Below, in pieces: positions 10,285 through 20,301 of a DNA stretch of 64,000 nucleotides. The position numbers and the translations under genes are program-made. Location of the stretch: the NCBI GenBank assembly GCA_000004985.1, contig GG738881.1; one strand, given 5' to 3'. The notes beneath the pieces were generated by a model, which saw only the letters and a list, made by a program, of their open reading frames with translations, made no database searches and had not been told where the DNA came from. The first letter of the stretch is position 1. Every line of letters starts with the position of its first letter. This DNA is from Naegleria gruberi (Eukaryota).

Positions 10285-11061
10285 TTGAACGCAGCTAATT
10301 TCGAGCAGAACTTTGATATTGCTATTTCTAATTGTTTCGACATATTCATTGTAGTTGGTGGATCATCATTGATGATTTTCGATAAATCAAAAGCTGTCAC
10401 CTCTGAAAATTCCCTTTTATTTAACATCAAGTATTGGGAATTTTCGTTTCATTGCTTGCGATTGGTGACTGAGAATTCAGAGGAATTTATTTATGCAAGT
10501 AAAAGTGGAGGAATTATTAAAATTAGAGTGAAGGATTTGATGGAAGGAAAGGAAGGAATTGTGTGGGAATGTAAAAAATCAAACATGAATATTTGGGGAT
10601 TAGATTTGATGGGAAATCAAGTGTTTTTTCTAGATTACAATAGATCAGTAATTTGTAAAGCAAATAAGGAAACAGGAAAGGATGAAGGTGAAGATGTTAT
10701 TCATTTATTTAATGGATATGGAATTGAATTTTTATCTGAAAGTGAAATATTGACATCCAATCAACAATCTTTAGAAATTTTCAAAAAACAAGAAAATAAT
10801 TGGATTTCTAAAAGAAGAGTGGTTATTCCCAAGTGTTCTACTGCCTATTCAATATTTTATGAGAAGGAATCTGGATTAGTTTACTTATCTGATACTGAAA
10901 ATCATCGAATTTTTGTCATTAGATTGTTTGATTTCTCAATTGTTAAAACATTTGAAGATTCTAATGCCATTTCAAGAAATTTCGGATTGTTTGTTGATAA
11001 GCGAACTGGTTTACTCTATGTTGTTAATAACAAATCCAAAGAAATTTCTATTTTTCAATAA
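10285..11061 (+). CDS. Hypothetical protein, possibly beta-propeller (NHL/SMP-30-like) repeats.
   Basis: ORF track. Weakly repeated blocks (GLVYLSDTENHRIFVI, GLLYVVNNKSKEISIF). Confidence 0.3.
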   Translation: MNAANFEQNFDIAISNCFDIFIVVGGSSLMIFDKSKAVTSENSLLFNIKYWEFSFHCLRLVTENSEEFIYASKSGGIIKIRVKDLMEGKEGIVWECKKSNMNIWGLDLMGNQVFFLDYNRSVICKANKETGKDEGEDVIHLFNGYGIEFLSESEILTSNQQSLEIFKKQENNWISKRRVVIPKCSTAYSIFYEKESGLVYLSDTENHRIFVIRLFDFSIVKTFEDSNAISRNFGLFVDKRTGLLYVVNNKSKEISIFQ

Positions 11062-11283
11062 TACTTTCGAAATGTGTCAGTTGACCAAATGGTGATTTTC
11101 AACAATTCGCGCTAGGTCCACTGGTTATCATCTATGGACGATGAAGAAGAAAACTCTGAAACAAAAGATGAAGAGGAGGAAGGAGAACAAGAAAGAATTT
11201 AAACTTGATCAATTTTTAATATTTTAAATAATTTGTACTTTTAAAAAAATGTCTCACATTGACGATGAACTATCCTGCTGCTG

Positions 11284-13007
11284 TTGTTGCATTCTCATCA
11301 ACCCTCCAACAATGTGTATTACCATAAATTGAGAGAAAAATTTAATGAACAACGTAAAGGCTATACTAAATGGTTACAAGCTCAAGTAAATTTCATTCAA
11401 TTACAGAGATTGCGTAGAAGATCCGAATCAATTGCAGCATCACACACTTATCAGCATCTTCCTATTGAATTTTTATTTGATGATTATTTGGTAATTATGG
11501 CAATGAAGAATTTTCCATTGAATTATTCACACATTGTAAAACAATTACCATTTGTTTTGAATAGGAAATCATTATTTAGACTTGCGTTTAAGAATTGTTA
11601 TTCAGATCTGTTGTTTCAAGCCTCAGAAACAGCTAGGAAAGATCCAGAAATTGCACAAATGATTGTACACTTTAAAGGAACAGAATTGGAATTTCTCTCT
11701 GACGAATGTAAAGCCAATAGGAATGTGGTGTTATCTGCTGTTGGAAGTAATGGGTCAATGATTGAATTTGCGAGTGAAGAGTTGAGAAATGATGAGGAAA
11801 TTATTTTGGCTGCTGTTAAAAATGGTTACGTCAACTTTCCCGAATCAATATTCGAAAGATATCCTCAAGTAGCTGTGGAATGTATGGTTTTATATTGGAA
11901 TTCTAGAGCGAGTGAATTGCCTGAATTTATTTGGACATGTAGAGAACTTGTGTTGTCAGCTATCCAAAGAAATGTCAATATTTATTCTGTTAAATTATTG
12001 GCACCACATTTGAAATTAGATAGAGAGATTGTATTGATTGTTGCATTAGAAAATATTACACTTCTAGATGAGGATTTGAAAAATTTGGATAGTTTCAAAG
12101 ATCGAGAATTTTGCTTACAATTTGTCAAGAATAATTACTTGGGATTTAAATTTATTCCAGAAATAATGAGACAAGATAAGGAAATAATGATGGCATGCTT
12201 GAGAAATGATCCATCAATGATTGAATTTACAGAATTGGTCAAAGACAAGGAGTTTTTATTGATGGCTCTCAATGAAGGATGTAAAATTTTACCATATCTA
12301 CCAAATGATTTACTGAATGAGGAGGAATTTTTACCATTCAAAGAGTCAACAATCATTACAATAGATCAAGATTCAATTTAGATGATAATTTTCCAATGTT
12401 TATGGAGGAGTATGATGAAATTGATAATAGTCGAACCAAAATTTCTCTGGATGAAAGTTTATTCATCCAAAATGATAGAAGTGTAATTCTTAGTGCTGTT
12501 CGATTGAATCCGTCTTTGTTGGTATTTGCTACAGAGAAGTTGTTGAATGATTCAGAGTTTGCTTTGCAATGTGTCAATGGTAATGCACTATGCATTGAGT
12601 ATTTACCCAACTTTAGAACTGATAAGGAATTTATTTTGCAAGCCATTGAATTGAAACCAGATAATATATGTATTGGTGATTTGTTTTCTAATGATATAGA
12701 TTTTAAGGAAAGGCTCACAAATTTAATTTTGGAAAGAAGGGTTGCCTTTAGTATTGTTCCTCCATATTTGAAAGAGAATGAGGATGTTTTGCTGACATGT
12801 ATGCAAATCAAACAATACGATTTTTGGTACAACCAAATTCCAACTCATCTATTAGACAGTAAGGATTTTGTTTTGAGAGCAATCAAAGCCTCTCCTTATA
12901 CTTACTGGACTCTCTTTAGTAATGATACAAACTCAGAATATGAAATGCTACAATTGAAATACCATGGAATGTACATATTTTCAAATATCAAAACACGACG
13001 ATTTTAA
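11284..13007 (+). CDS. DUF4116-type repeat protein. It is split into two ORFs (11284-12381 and 12396-13007) in different frames, so it is either a frameshifted single gene or tandem paralogues.
   Basis: At least seven copies of the motif [DN][RK]E[IFV][VIL]L.A[VI]..N[GP]..[LI].[FY]A.E.L[RK]ND.E (for example NRNVVLSAVGSNGSMIEFASEELRNDEEIILAAVKNG, DRSVILSAVRLNPSLLVFATEKLLNDSEFALQCV). This is the signature I recall for DUF4116. Only 14 nt separate the ORFs, with no room for an intron. Confidence 0.5.
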
Positions 13008-13342
13008 TATTTTACTTAGAGAGAGAATGAATTTTGCCTATGATGGGTTAGTAGATACAAGCTGGTGCAAAATGGCTGAATTGACTTAGTAAATTTTTCA
13101 TTATTAAGAATCTGGGAGAATCGAAAAATCAGCTGGATTTCACATGTGCCAAAAAGTATTAAATTGCAACAGAACAAAGCTCTTTGATTATTTACAGATC
13201 CATCTTAGTTTTATTAAAATTGATTTACTAGAGTCCCGAGGTGGCCTAAGCTCAATATCTTATGATATGACCCCCCGTTTAAACCGGGTTATTTAATAAA
13301 GCATCAATAGAGCTGCTTTTTTTTCTAATTTTTTTAAATAAT

Positions 13343-14329
13343 TTAGAAAAGACCACCGAAGCCCATTTCTTCTTCTTCCTCTTCTTCTTCCTTCTTGTCT
13401 TCAACAACAGCAGCAGTGGTGTTAGCAGTAGCAACTGGAGCAGAGGAAGCGAACTTGCTTGGATCAGCAAGGTATTCCTTAACCTTTTCAGCTTGTGGGA
13501 ATGAGAATTCAGTACCAGCAGCAATAGCCAACAAGTTCTTGAAGGTGTTAGCAACAGAGTGAGGAATAGAAGCTTCATTAGGCATATCCAAAGCCAAACC
13601 GAGAGCAGCAACATTGTTGACAGCATCTCTGACCTTTGATTCCATAACTTCGTCAGTCAAAGAAAGGACAGTTGGTGAGTAAACAGCACCGTTGTCATAA
13701 ATGTTAACCAAAACCAAACCATATTCGAAAGGCTTAATGTTCAACAATTGCAACAAAGCAGCTTCTGAGGAACCGACCTTATCACCTGGGTTCAAGAGAA
13801 TGTGTTCCTTGATAATTTCGACGGTACCCTTGGTAATCTTGGTGTTAATGTTAAGGGCTTGGAAGAAAGAAGTCTTGGTTGGTTCAAGACCAGTGTTAGC
13901 TGGTTGAATGACGACCTTGACTGGGGAGATGGCACCTTGCTTAGCTGGAGCACCAACCTTGTATGAGAGAATAACGTCCTTGACTTCGTTCAAATCATTG
14001 TTAGTGAAGACCAAACCAACGTTACCCTTGAGGAGATCAGCAATCTTGGCAATGTTAGCAGCTTGAGCAGCCAATGACTTGTACTTTTCTGGAGCAGAAG
14101 TCAAAACCTTGATAGCCTTCTTCATCAAAGTGTTCTTACCCATGAGCAATTCACCCTTTCCTCTCAAACCGACTCTGATGTCAGCCATTTGCTTGGATCT
14201 AACGTTGTTAGCTTCAACGAAGATAATCTTGGTGTACTTGTCCAACATGTTAATGAAGGATTCAACGTATTGTTCCTTCAACTTTTGCTTTTCGTCCTTT
14301 GACAATTGTCTCTTTGCTCTTTTGACCAT
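13343..14329 (-). CDS. rplp0: 60S acidic ribosomal protein P0 (uL10).
   Basis: Strong full-length similarity to eukaryotic P0, including the block ANNVRSKQMADIRVGLRGKGELLMGKNT and the C-terminal EEEEEEEMGFGGLF tail. The true start is the internal Met MVKRAKRQ, because the ORF-track start at 14392 adds 21 non-homologous residues. Confidence 0.95.
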   Translation of the reverse strand: MVKRAKRQLSKDEKQKLKEQYVESFINMLDKYTKIIFVEANNVRSKQMADIRVGLRGKGELLMGKNTLMKKAIKVLTSAPEKYKSLAAQAANIAKIADLLKGNVGLVFTNNDLNEVKDVILSYKVGAPAKQGAISPVKVVIQPANTGLEPTKTSFFQALNINTKITKGTVEIIKEHILLNPGDKVGSSEAALLQLLNIKPFEYGLVLVNIYDNGAVYSPTVLSLTDEVMESKVRDAVNNVAALGLALDMPNEASIPHSVANTFKNLLAIAAGTEFSFPQAEKVKEYLADPSKFASSAPVATANTTAAVVEDKKEEEEEEEEMGFGGLF

Positions 14330-14922
14330 TTTTGTGGGTAGACCTCTAGTTTGTTTTTTTTCAACAGAAAAATTTAAAACTTGTGCGGACAACTGGCTAA
14401 AAAATATTTTACAATCAAATTTTAATGAAAAAACTTGTTGAAGCAGCCGCCTTCATTTTCTGATTTGATGTTTGCACAAGTTATGTAATTAAGATAAACC
14501 ATTTACATTATTCCAAGTATTGTTACCTCATTCTCTGAATTGTAGATGAAAACCACATGGTTAAACATTGAATGAAAGAATTCAAAAACGATTCAAAAGA
14601 CTACTCTTCCAATCTTAATGAATAGATCTGTCTGATGCTGTACTTATGAGATTGGGTTCCATTCAAACACTACGTGGTAATGAAATTCTGGAAGATTAAT
14701 GAACGATTTGAATTGGATTTGAAATCAATGGTTGAAATCAATTTTCTAAATTACTATCATGATTTAATTAACAACAAAATCACATTTAATAATGTAAAAA
14801 ACAATAATTAACAGTGGTAACATTCGGAATTAATTTTTTGTTTTTATAAGAGTGAGAAGTTGTGTCATTTCGTCGGGTTAAATTATATAAATTGATGTTG
14901 GTGATGATGGAGAAAATCTTCT

Positions 14923-15258
14923 TTACATTTGATATCCACCCATTTGTTGTTGTTGGGCTTGTTGTTGCATTTGGAAGGTTTGTTCAAGTTGGTCAAGAGG
15001 AGCCATTGGAATTGGGAGAGGAAGGAAGGCTAACAAGCTATATAATTTAGTAGAGAATGAAAGTGGAGCATGTCCGTATGGTGTATAATTAACGCCAATC
15101 AAAAAGAAGATTGGGAACAAGGCCCAATGGAATTGTACTAAATTACCACCAATTTGTTTAACTAAATGTTGCATCTTTTCTATCATCGACAGCTTGCTCC
15201 AATCAACTTTTTGTGTTGGTTGTTGTGCAAAACGAAATCCTCCACCTAGTGTATTCAT
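14923..15258 (-). CDS. Small predicted membrane protein with a weak TOM7-like motif.
   Basis: ORF track. The segment QHLVKQIGGNLVQFHWALFPIFFLIGVNYTPYG resembles the Tom7 core (..HYGWIP.VLYLG..). The Q-rich C-terminal tail is atypical for Tom7. Confidence 0.25.
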   Translation of the reverse strand: MNTLGGGFRFAQQPTQKVDWSKLSMIEKMQHLVKQIGGNLVQFHWALFPIFFLIGVNYTPYGHAPLSFSTKLYSLLAFLPLPIPMAPLDQLEQTFQMQQQAQQQQMGGYQM

Positions 15259-15568
15259 TTTTTAATTTACTTCATTTTTAAAAAAATTTAAAATTGATTG
15301 AATTGCAATGGTTATCCACAAAATGATTTGAAGCCTTTAAAAAGATTAAGATTTTGAATTAATTGACCACAATCTATTTTAAATATAATTTTAATTAATA
15401 ACGGATTGGTGACAGTTGTACTACTTTCGATTAAAAATGTTTCAATTTAAAAGAAGGGTTATAATAATCCAATAGTAAATAATCAAGAACATGAAGAGAA
15501 CATTACGATTACACGCCAAAGTACCTGTTGTAACATGATTGATTTAATAATTAGAATAATTAAAAAAA

Positions 15569-16690
15569 ATGGTCAACAATACAAGAATGATTCCTCAGAT
15601 TGCCAATGTGCCAATAGAGGTGATTCGAATTATTTGTTCTTTCATGAGCAATTTGGAGAACATGTTTGTGAGTGGAAATGTTTCATTGACATGGAGAAGA
15701 GAAATTGCCTTTCCAATTTTACTAGATAATTTAAAGAGAATTCATTCCGATCCTATTGATGATGAGATCACTGATTACAATTATTTCAAAACGGTGAAAA
15801 TTGGAAGAAATTTTATTAGAATGGAATTGAGAAGATTTCTTTATGAATTTTCATTGAAATTATATGATTTTCAAAATTTAAATCAGAATTCTAAACCTCC
15901 TCTTGCTTCTATCGATTGTAATGAGTACTTGTTGGAAGAATTTGAACAAATTCAATTTTATTTTTCACATTTTTCAATTCCAAAGTTAAATTTGATCGAA
16001 AAGAAGACTGAAAAGACTGGACTCTTTAAAATGATTTCGAGTTTATTCTCAAAACAACCAAAAAAACAGGAAAAGACGAATGACGAACCAATCATTGTTG
16101 ATATTAACAAGAATAGGGTTGTGGAGAAAGAACCAGTGACTGAAATTGTTTGTAAAATAGCTCTCGATGGCTATCGTGCAACTGGAAGGACATCGTTTCT
16201 GAATGCTTCGTTAAGAGATGACGCTATTGTGAATAAGGACTATTATCCTTCAATTGGAATTGATTTTGCTGCGAGAATCTTTTCATTTCCAGAAGTGTTG
16301 ACCAACATATACAAAGTTCAAGTATGGGATTCCCCTTATTCCCAACTACAACCTGCATATGTGAATAATACTACAATGATTATGGAAGTTTTTGATTTGA
16401 CAAAAAGAGAAACATTAGTCCATTTAATTAATGAAAATATTCCACAAATCAAACGATTAAGGCAAACTCCCCTCGAACTTGTATTTATTGGAACAAAACA
16501 AGATGTCATTCAGGAGAATCCTCAAACCAGAAACATTCCACCCAAAGACATTCAAACATGTTGTCTCAATAATTTTGGAGGAGCCCTCTGTGTTGAACTT
16601 TCTCTAACAGAACTCAAACAAGCTCAATCATTAATATGGTACAGTGTTCTTCTTCAAGATATTTGCTATCCAAAAAATCTCAAAGAATGA
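15569..16690 (+). CDS. F-box-like N-terminus fused to a Rab-like small-GTPase domain with degenerate catalytic motifs (pseudo-GTPase).
   Basis: ORF track. Rab-like blocks are SIGIDFAARI (switch I TIGVDF), KVQVWDSPYSQ (in place of WDTAGQE), FIGTKQDV (in place of GNKxD) and ELSLTE (ETSAK). The P-loop GYRATGRTS has Lys replaced by Arg. Confidence 0.6.
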   Translation: MVNNTRMIPQIANVPIEVIRIICSFMSNLENMFVSGNVSLTWRREIAFPILLDNLKRIHSDPIDDEITDYNYFKTVKIGRNFIRMELRRFLYEFSLKLYDFQNLNQNSKPPLASIDCNEYLLEEFEQIQFYFSHFSIPKLNLIEKKTEKTGLFKMISSLFSKQPKKQEKTNDEPIIVDINKNRVVEKEPVTEIVCKIALDGYRATGRTSFLNASLRDDAIVNKDYYPSIGIDFAARIFSFPEVLTNIYKVQVWDSPYSQLQPAYVNNTTMIMEVFDLTKRETLVHLINENIPQIKRLRQTPLELVFIGTKQDVIQENPQTRNIPPKDIQTCCLNNFGGALCVELSLTELKQAQSLIWYSVLLQDICYPKNLKE

Positions 16691-16953
16691 ACGATCAATG
16701 GGTTAGACTGAAACAGCTTACACGTGCCATTCAGCCGACTTTAATTCATCGTAATTGGTAGAGGAAGCAATTCACGGGCTACGCCATGTACTTTCAGTAC
16801 AAGATAGCACTAATAGGAATCGAACCATATACGTGATACCTTCCAACACTCAATTTTAATGCTTACAATTTGAGAGTAAATTACTTTTTTCAATTATTGT
16901 GGTTTTGGCATTTTTTATTATTTTTAAATTTTGTTAAATTGTGTTATTGTTAA

Positions 16954-18329
16954 TTAAATGTTATTTGCAGAGATGTTATTCTCTGATGGAATGACCAATA
17001 CTTCAGTGGAGAATGAAATTGCTGAGGGGGTTGTTGGAGACATGTCACCACATGAGCTGCTCGAAGGTAGAGAAAGGAAATTATTTTCACTTCCACTCAT
17101 AGAATGATCCTTCAATGTTGTTGAGGATGATGAACCATTTTGAAGGGGAACTTGTAAGTGAGAAACCTTATGGAGTTTCTTTTGAGAGAGAGTTTCCTTT
17201 CTCTTTTCAATTTCTTTCATTGCAATTTCCATATCTCTAAATAGTGGATAAAACAAGAAGAGAATCAAAATACCAAATATCAAGACTCCAGTACAATTGA
17301 GGAATTGCCAAATTACAGAGTAGTTGGCCAATTCTGAGGCTCCTGCAGCAATGGCTATGGCAACAAGTTGTAGAGCCATACATAGCAACAAACCAATCAA
17401 TAATCCGAAAGTAATTTTGAATGGAGATTGAACTCTCTTCTCAAACGAAACCTTATCAAATGAAGTTCTTGAACTGGAATTTTGACTCTCTGTAGCACTC
17501 ATTTTACTCTCTGATTTGTGATGTTCAGAAACTGCTTTAGTGACATTCTTGGATGTTTTCTGAATAGTTCTCACAACAATTATTCCAGAGGCAATTAACA
17601 TACACCCAACGAATACTATAACACATCCTCCAACTACAAATGATACAACTTGAATGGCAGTTGCATATTCTTTTGGAATGAAATCAAATCTCTTAATACC
17701 AGACATGATACCAATTAGGAGAATGATCAAAATGGCCAACATGACAAATAATGTGGCAATAATGGTCATTGAGGTTCGAATAATTTTGGAGGTTTCCTTA
17801 GTGATGGCTCTCATCAGTGTAGCTGTACTCCAACTAGTATTTGTGTGTTAAAATATTTTGGAAATTCGAATACTTACAACATGTTTTGAACGAAAACAAT
17901 GATTGAAAACAGTGTCAAGAAATTACTTGTCATTGTAAAACTGTTCAGACCAAGAAATACTTGCATGGCAATAAATAATTTCCATTCAATTAATTGTCCT
18001 GCTTCAATCTTTTCTCTGATGACTAATTGTAAGGTTTCGTTTACAACTCTTACAAGTAAACTAAATATTTGAACTGTTACATAAATACCAGTCATAATGA
18101 ACAGTATCGTTTGGTTTCTCTTTAGTTTCAGTTTTCTTGTAACTCTAATGATGAATCCAATAAGAACGAAAATGTAAACTGAAAAGAGAATGAGAAATAT
18201 TATTGTATTCGAAAGTACTAAACCACTGGCCCAAATAGGTTTCATTTGATCCAAGGTAACATTCGTATAACCTTCACCATTTACAATTACTGATGATGAA
18301 TCTAATAGTGCAAATAAACGTTCTGACAT
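16954..18329 (-). CDS. Multi-pass membrane protein in two exons. A ~53-nt intron (GTAAGT...TAG) joins ORFs 17874-18329 and 16954-17814 in phase.
   Basis: The minus-strand sequence reads ...AACATGTT|GTAAGTATTCGAATTTCC...AAATACTAG|TTGGAGTACAGC. Splicing yields ...FVQNMF-WSTATLMRAITKE... Both parts are rich in TM helices. Confidence 0.55.
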
Positions 18330-18568
18330 TTTTTGTATGATTATTTGTACATGTTGGTTATTGTGTTGTTCTTGAAAATGGGTATCGATGCTAGATCATA
18401 GATTCGAATATCTTCTCTTTTTAGAGAAGGTAAAATAATCATGACTATTTGAAATCAAATTAGTAGAAATGAAAACATGATTGGAAGGAAGCTATCAATT
18501 CTATATTTATTCGAATCTATTTATTAGGACGAGCCAAAAAAGTACAAGTCGAAAGGTCATACACATCT

Positions 18569-20272
18569 TTATATTATAGATTTAGCACTATTGATAAGTG
18601 TACTACCAACATTTCCAATAACTGAACTAACCATTGAGAATGGATTCAAAGTTTCATTTTGATTTCTTCTAATCTTTGATCTCAATAAATTGTAAAGAGA
18701 ATCAAACTCAAGTTTGCTTTGAATAATTGGTAATTCAAATGTTAATCCATGACTAGTTAAAATTGAAAGTGTTCCTAAAATTGGAGATTCTTGATTGTCT
18801 ACATTTTGTAATTTTTTCACAGATTTGATTGAGGTAAATGGAATGACAGTATCTTTCTTTTGAGGTTTCATCCATTCGAAACAAAAATATTGTTCTCCAA
18901 TAAAGGCAATACCAGTTGGTTCTTGTGAATTCGTGGAAAGAAGGAAATAGGTAATTAACTTTTCTCTTGAACAAATCTTATCAATTTGGAATCTTTGGAA
19001 GAAGTATGTTTGAGCTTCTTCTTGTGTCAACATATTTGAAATATTATCATTCTTTGGTTCTTGACGTTTGAGAGAGGCCTTTGAGTGTTTGTATTGATCA
19101 AGGAATGTTTCACAATTTTCCTTTTCAATATCACAAACTTCAATCTCTCCGTAATCTTTAATGGAGATTTTCAAAGTGTTGGAAGTTTGCACAATGTTCT
19201 CAATTCTATTCCATGTGAATTTTTCATAGAAGGTTGCTTGAACAGCATAGAAACAGAAACTACTTGTAAATACAAATATGGAAGATTTGAAAGAGTTTTC
19301 ATCTTGTCTAACATTGGATGAGAAGAATGTAATGCATTGTTCCTCTAATGGAATATCAAACTTTCTCTTGATGATATCTTCTCTATTTTCCTCATCTTCT
19401 GGACCTTTACTAGCTAATGAATCAGAAGATTCAGATGCAGCTGATATGAATCCCTTTGTTTGTTCAGATGATGGTTTTGATCCAAATTTAAACAAGTTCA
19501 TCAATTTGCTTGGTGTATTGGTGCTTTGTGTTGGGGTGGCCTTGTTCTTTGATATTTCCACATTATTTCCAAGATTTTTGAATTGAGTTTGTAAACATTC
19601 AATGAAAGCACTTCTTGAAGATTCATCAGAAAAGAAAAACTTGACTCTATTCTTTGGATTGTTACTTGAGGAGCCAACATAGATAGAAGTGTTGGCAGAT
19701 ATTTTGAAATGAATAGAAACTCCCTTTCTCATAAAACCTTCTGTTAAATGAATCTTTTCAACATCGCGTAATGAAATTCTGTGATAAACATTTGAGAATC
19801 TAAATTCAAATAATAAAAATTCACCACCAATGTGAATAGTTCCTGGAGCAATCTTTGAAGAATCATAACAGGTCGACGTTAAATAGACAGTTAATTTGTC
19901 TGTTCCTTCAACAATGGAATATCTAGCATAAATATTGAATTTGATAATTAATCTTTGAACCTTTGCAGTTTCCTTATATTTAGAATAAATTTTTCTAGCT
20001 TTTTCATCATTCTTCTTTCTAGTAAAAAGTATGGAAACTATGTGATAGGCCTTAACAGGATATTTCTCTGCAAATTTAGTATTTGAAGCAAGTTTTTGTA
20101 AGTGAGCTTCCAGCTTTTCTGTTTGGGTATTGTAAAGTTTACAAAGCTTGACTAAAAGTTTACTCTTAGTTCTGGCAAAATCATGTGAAAGAGCAGTTTC
20201 TTCCTCTTCGTCATCTGTCTTCTCAGCAGATCCACAAAAGTAAATAATAAATAACTCTAAAATAGATTCCAA
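18569..20272 (-). CDS. Hypothetical protein with GRAM/PH-like segments.
   Basis: ORF track. GRAM-like patterns (GIAFIGEQYFCFEW...IPFTSIKSVKKL, IHIGGEFLLFEFRFS). The assignment is weak. Confidence 0.3.
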   Translation of the reverse strand: MESILELFIIYFCGSAEKTDDEEEETALSHDFARTKSKLLVKLCKLYNTQTEKLEAHLQKLASNTKFAEKYPVKAYHIVSILFTRKKNDEKARKIYSKYKETAKVQRLIIKFNIYARYSIVEGTDKLTVYLTSTCYDSSKIAPGTIHIGGEFLLFEFRFSNVYHRISLRDVEKIHLTEGFMRKGVSIHFKISANTSIYVGSSSNNPKNRVKFFFSDESSRSAFIECLQTQFKNLGNNVEISKNKATPTQSTNTPSKLMNLFKFGSKPSSEQTKGFISAASESSDSLASKGPEDEENREDIIKRKFDIPLEEQCITFFSSNVRQDENSFKSSIFVFTSSFCFYAVQATFYEKFTWNRIENIVQTSNTLKISIKDYGEIEVCDIEKENCETFLDQYKHSKASLKRQEPKNDNISNMLTQEEAQTYFFQRFQIDKICSREKLITYFLLSTNSQEPTGIAFIGEQYFCFEWMKPQKKDTVIPFTSIKSVKKLQNVDNQESPILGTLSILTSHGLTFELPIIQSKLEFDSLYNLLRSKIRRNQNETLNPFSMVSSVIGNVGSTLINSAKSII

Positions 20273-20301
20273 TACATATGCCTTTTTTTAAATATTAGTT
20301 T

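Noticed and set aside
16790-16880. tRNA-like T-loop motif (GGAATCGAACC on the plus strand, i.e. GGTTCGATTCC on the minus strand).
   Set aside because: I could not build an acceptor stem or anticodon arm around it. It is probably a chance match or a decayed tRNA-derived fragment.
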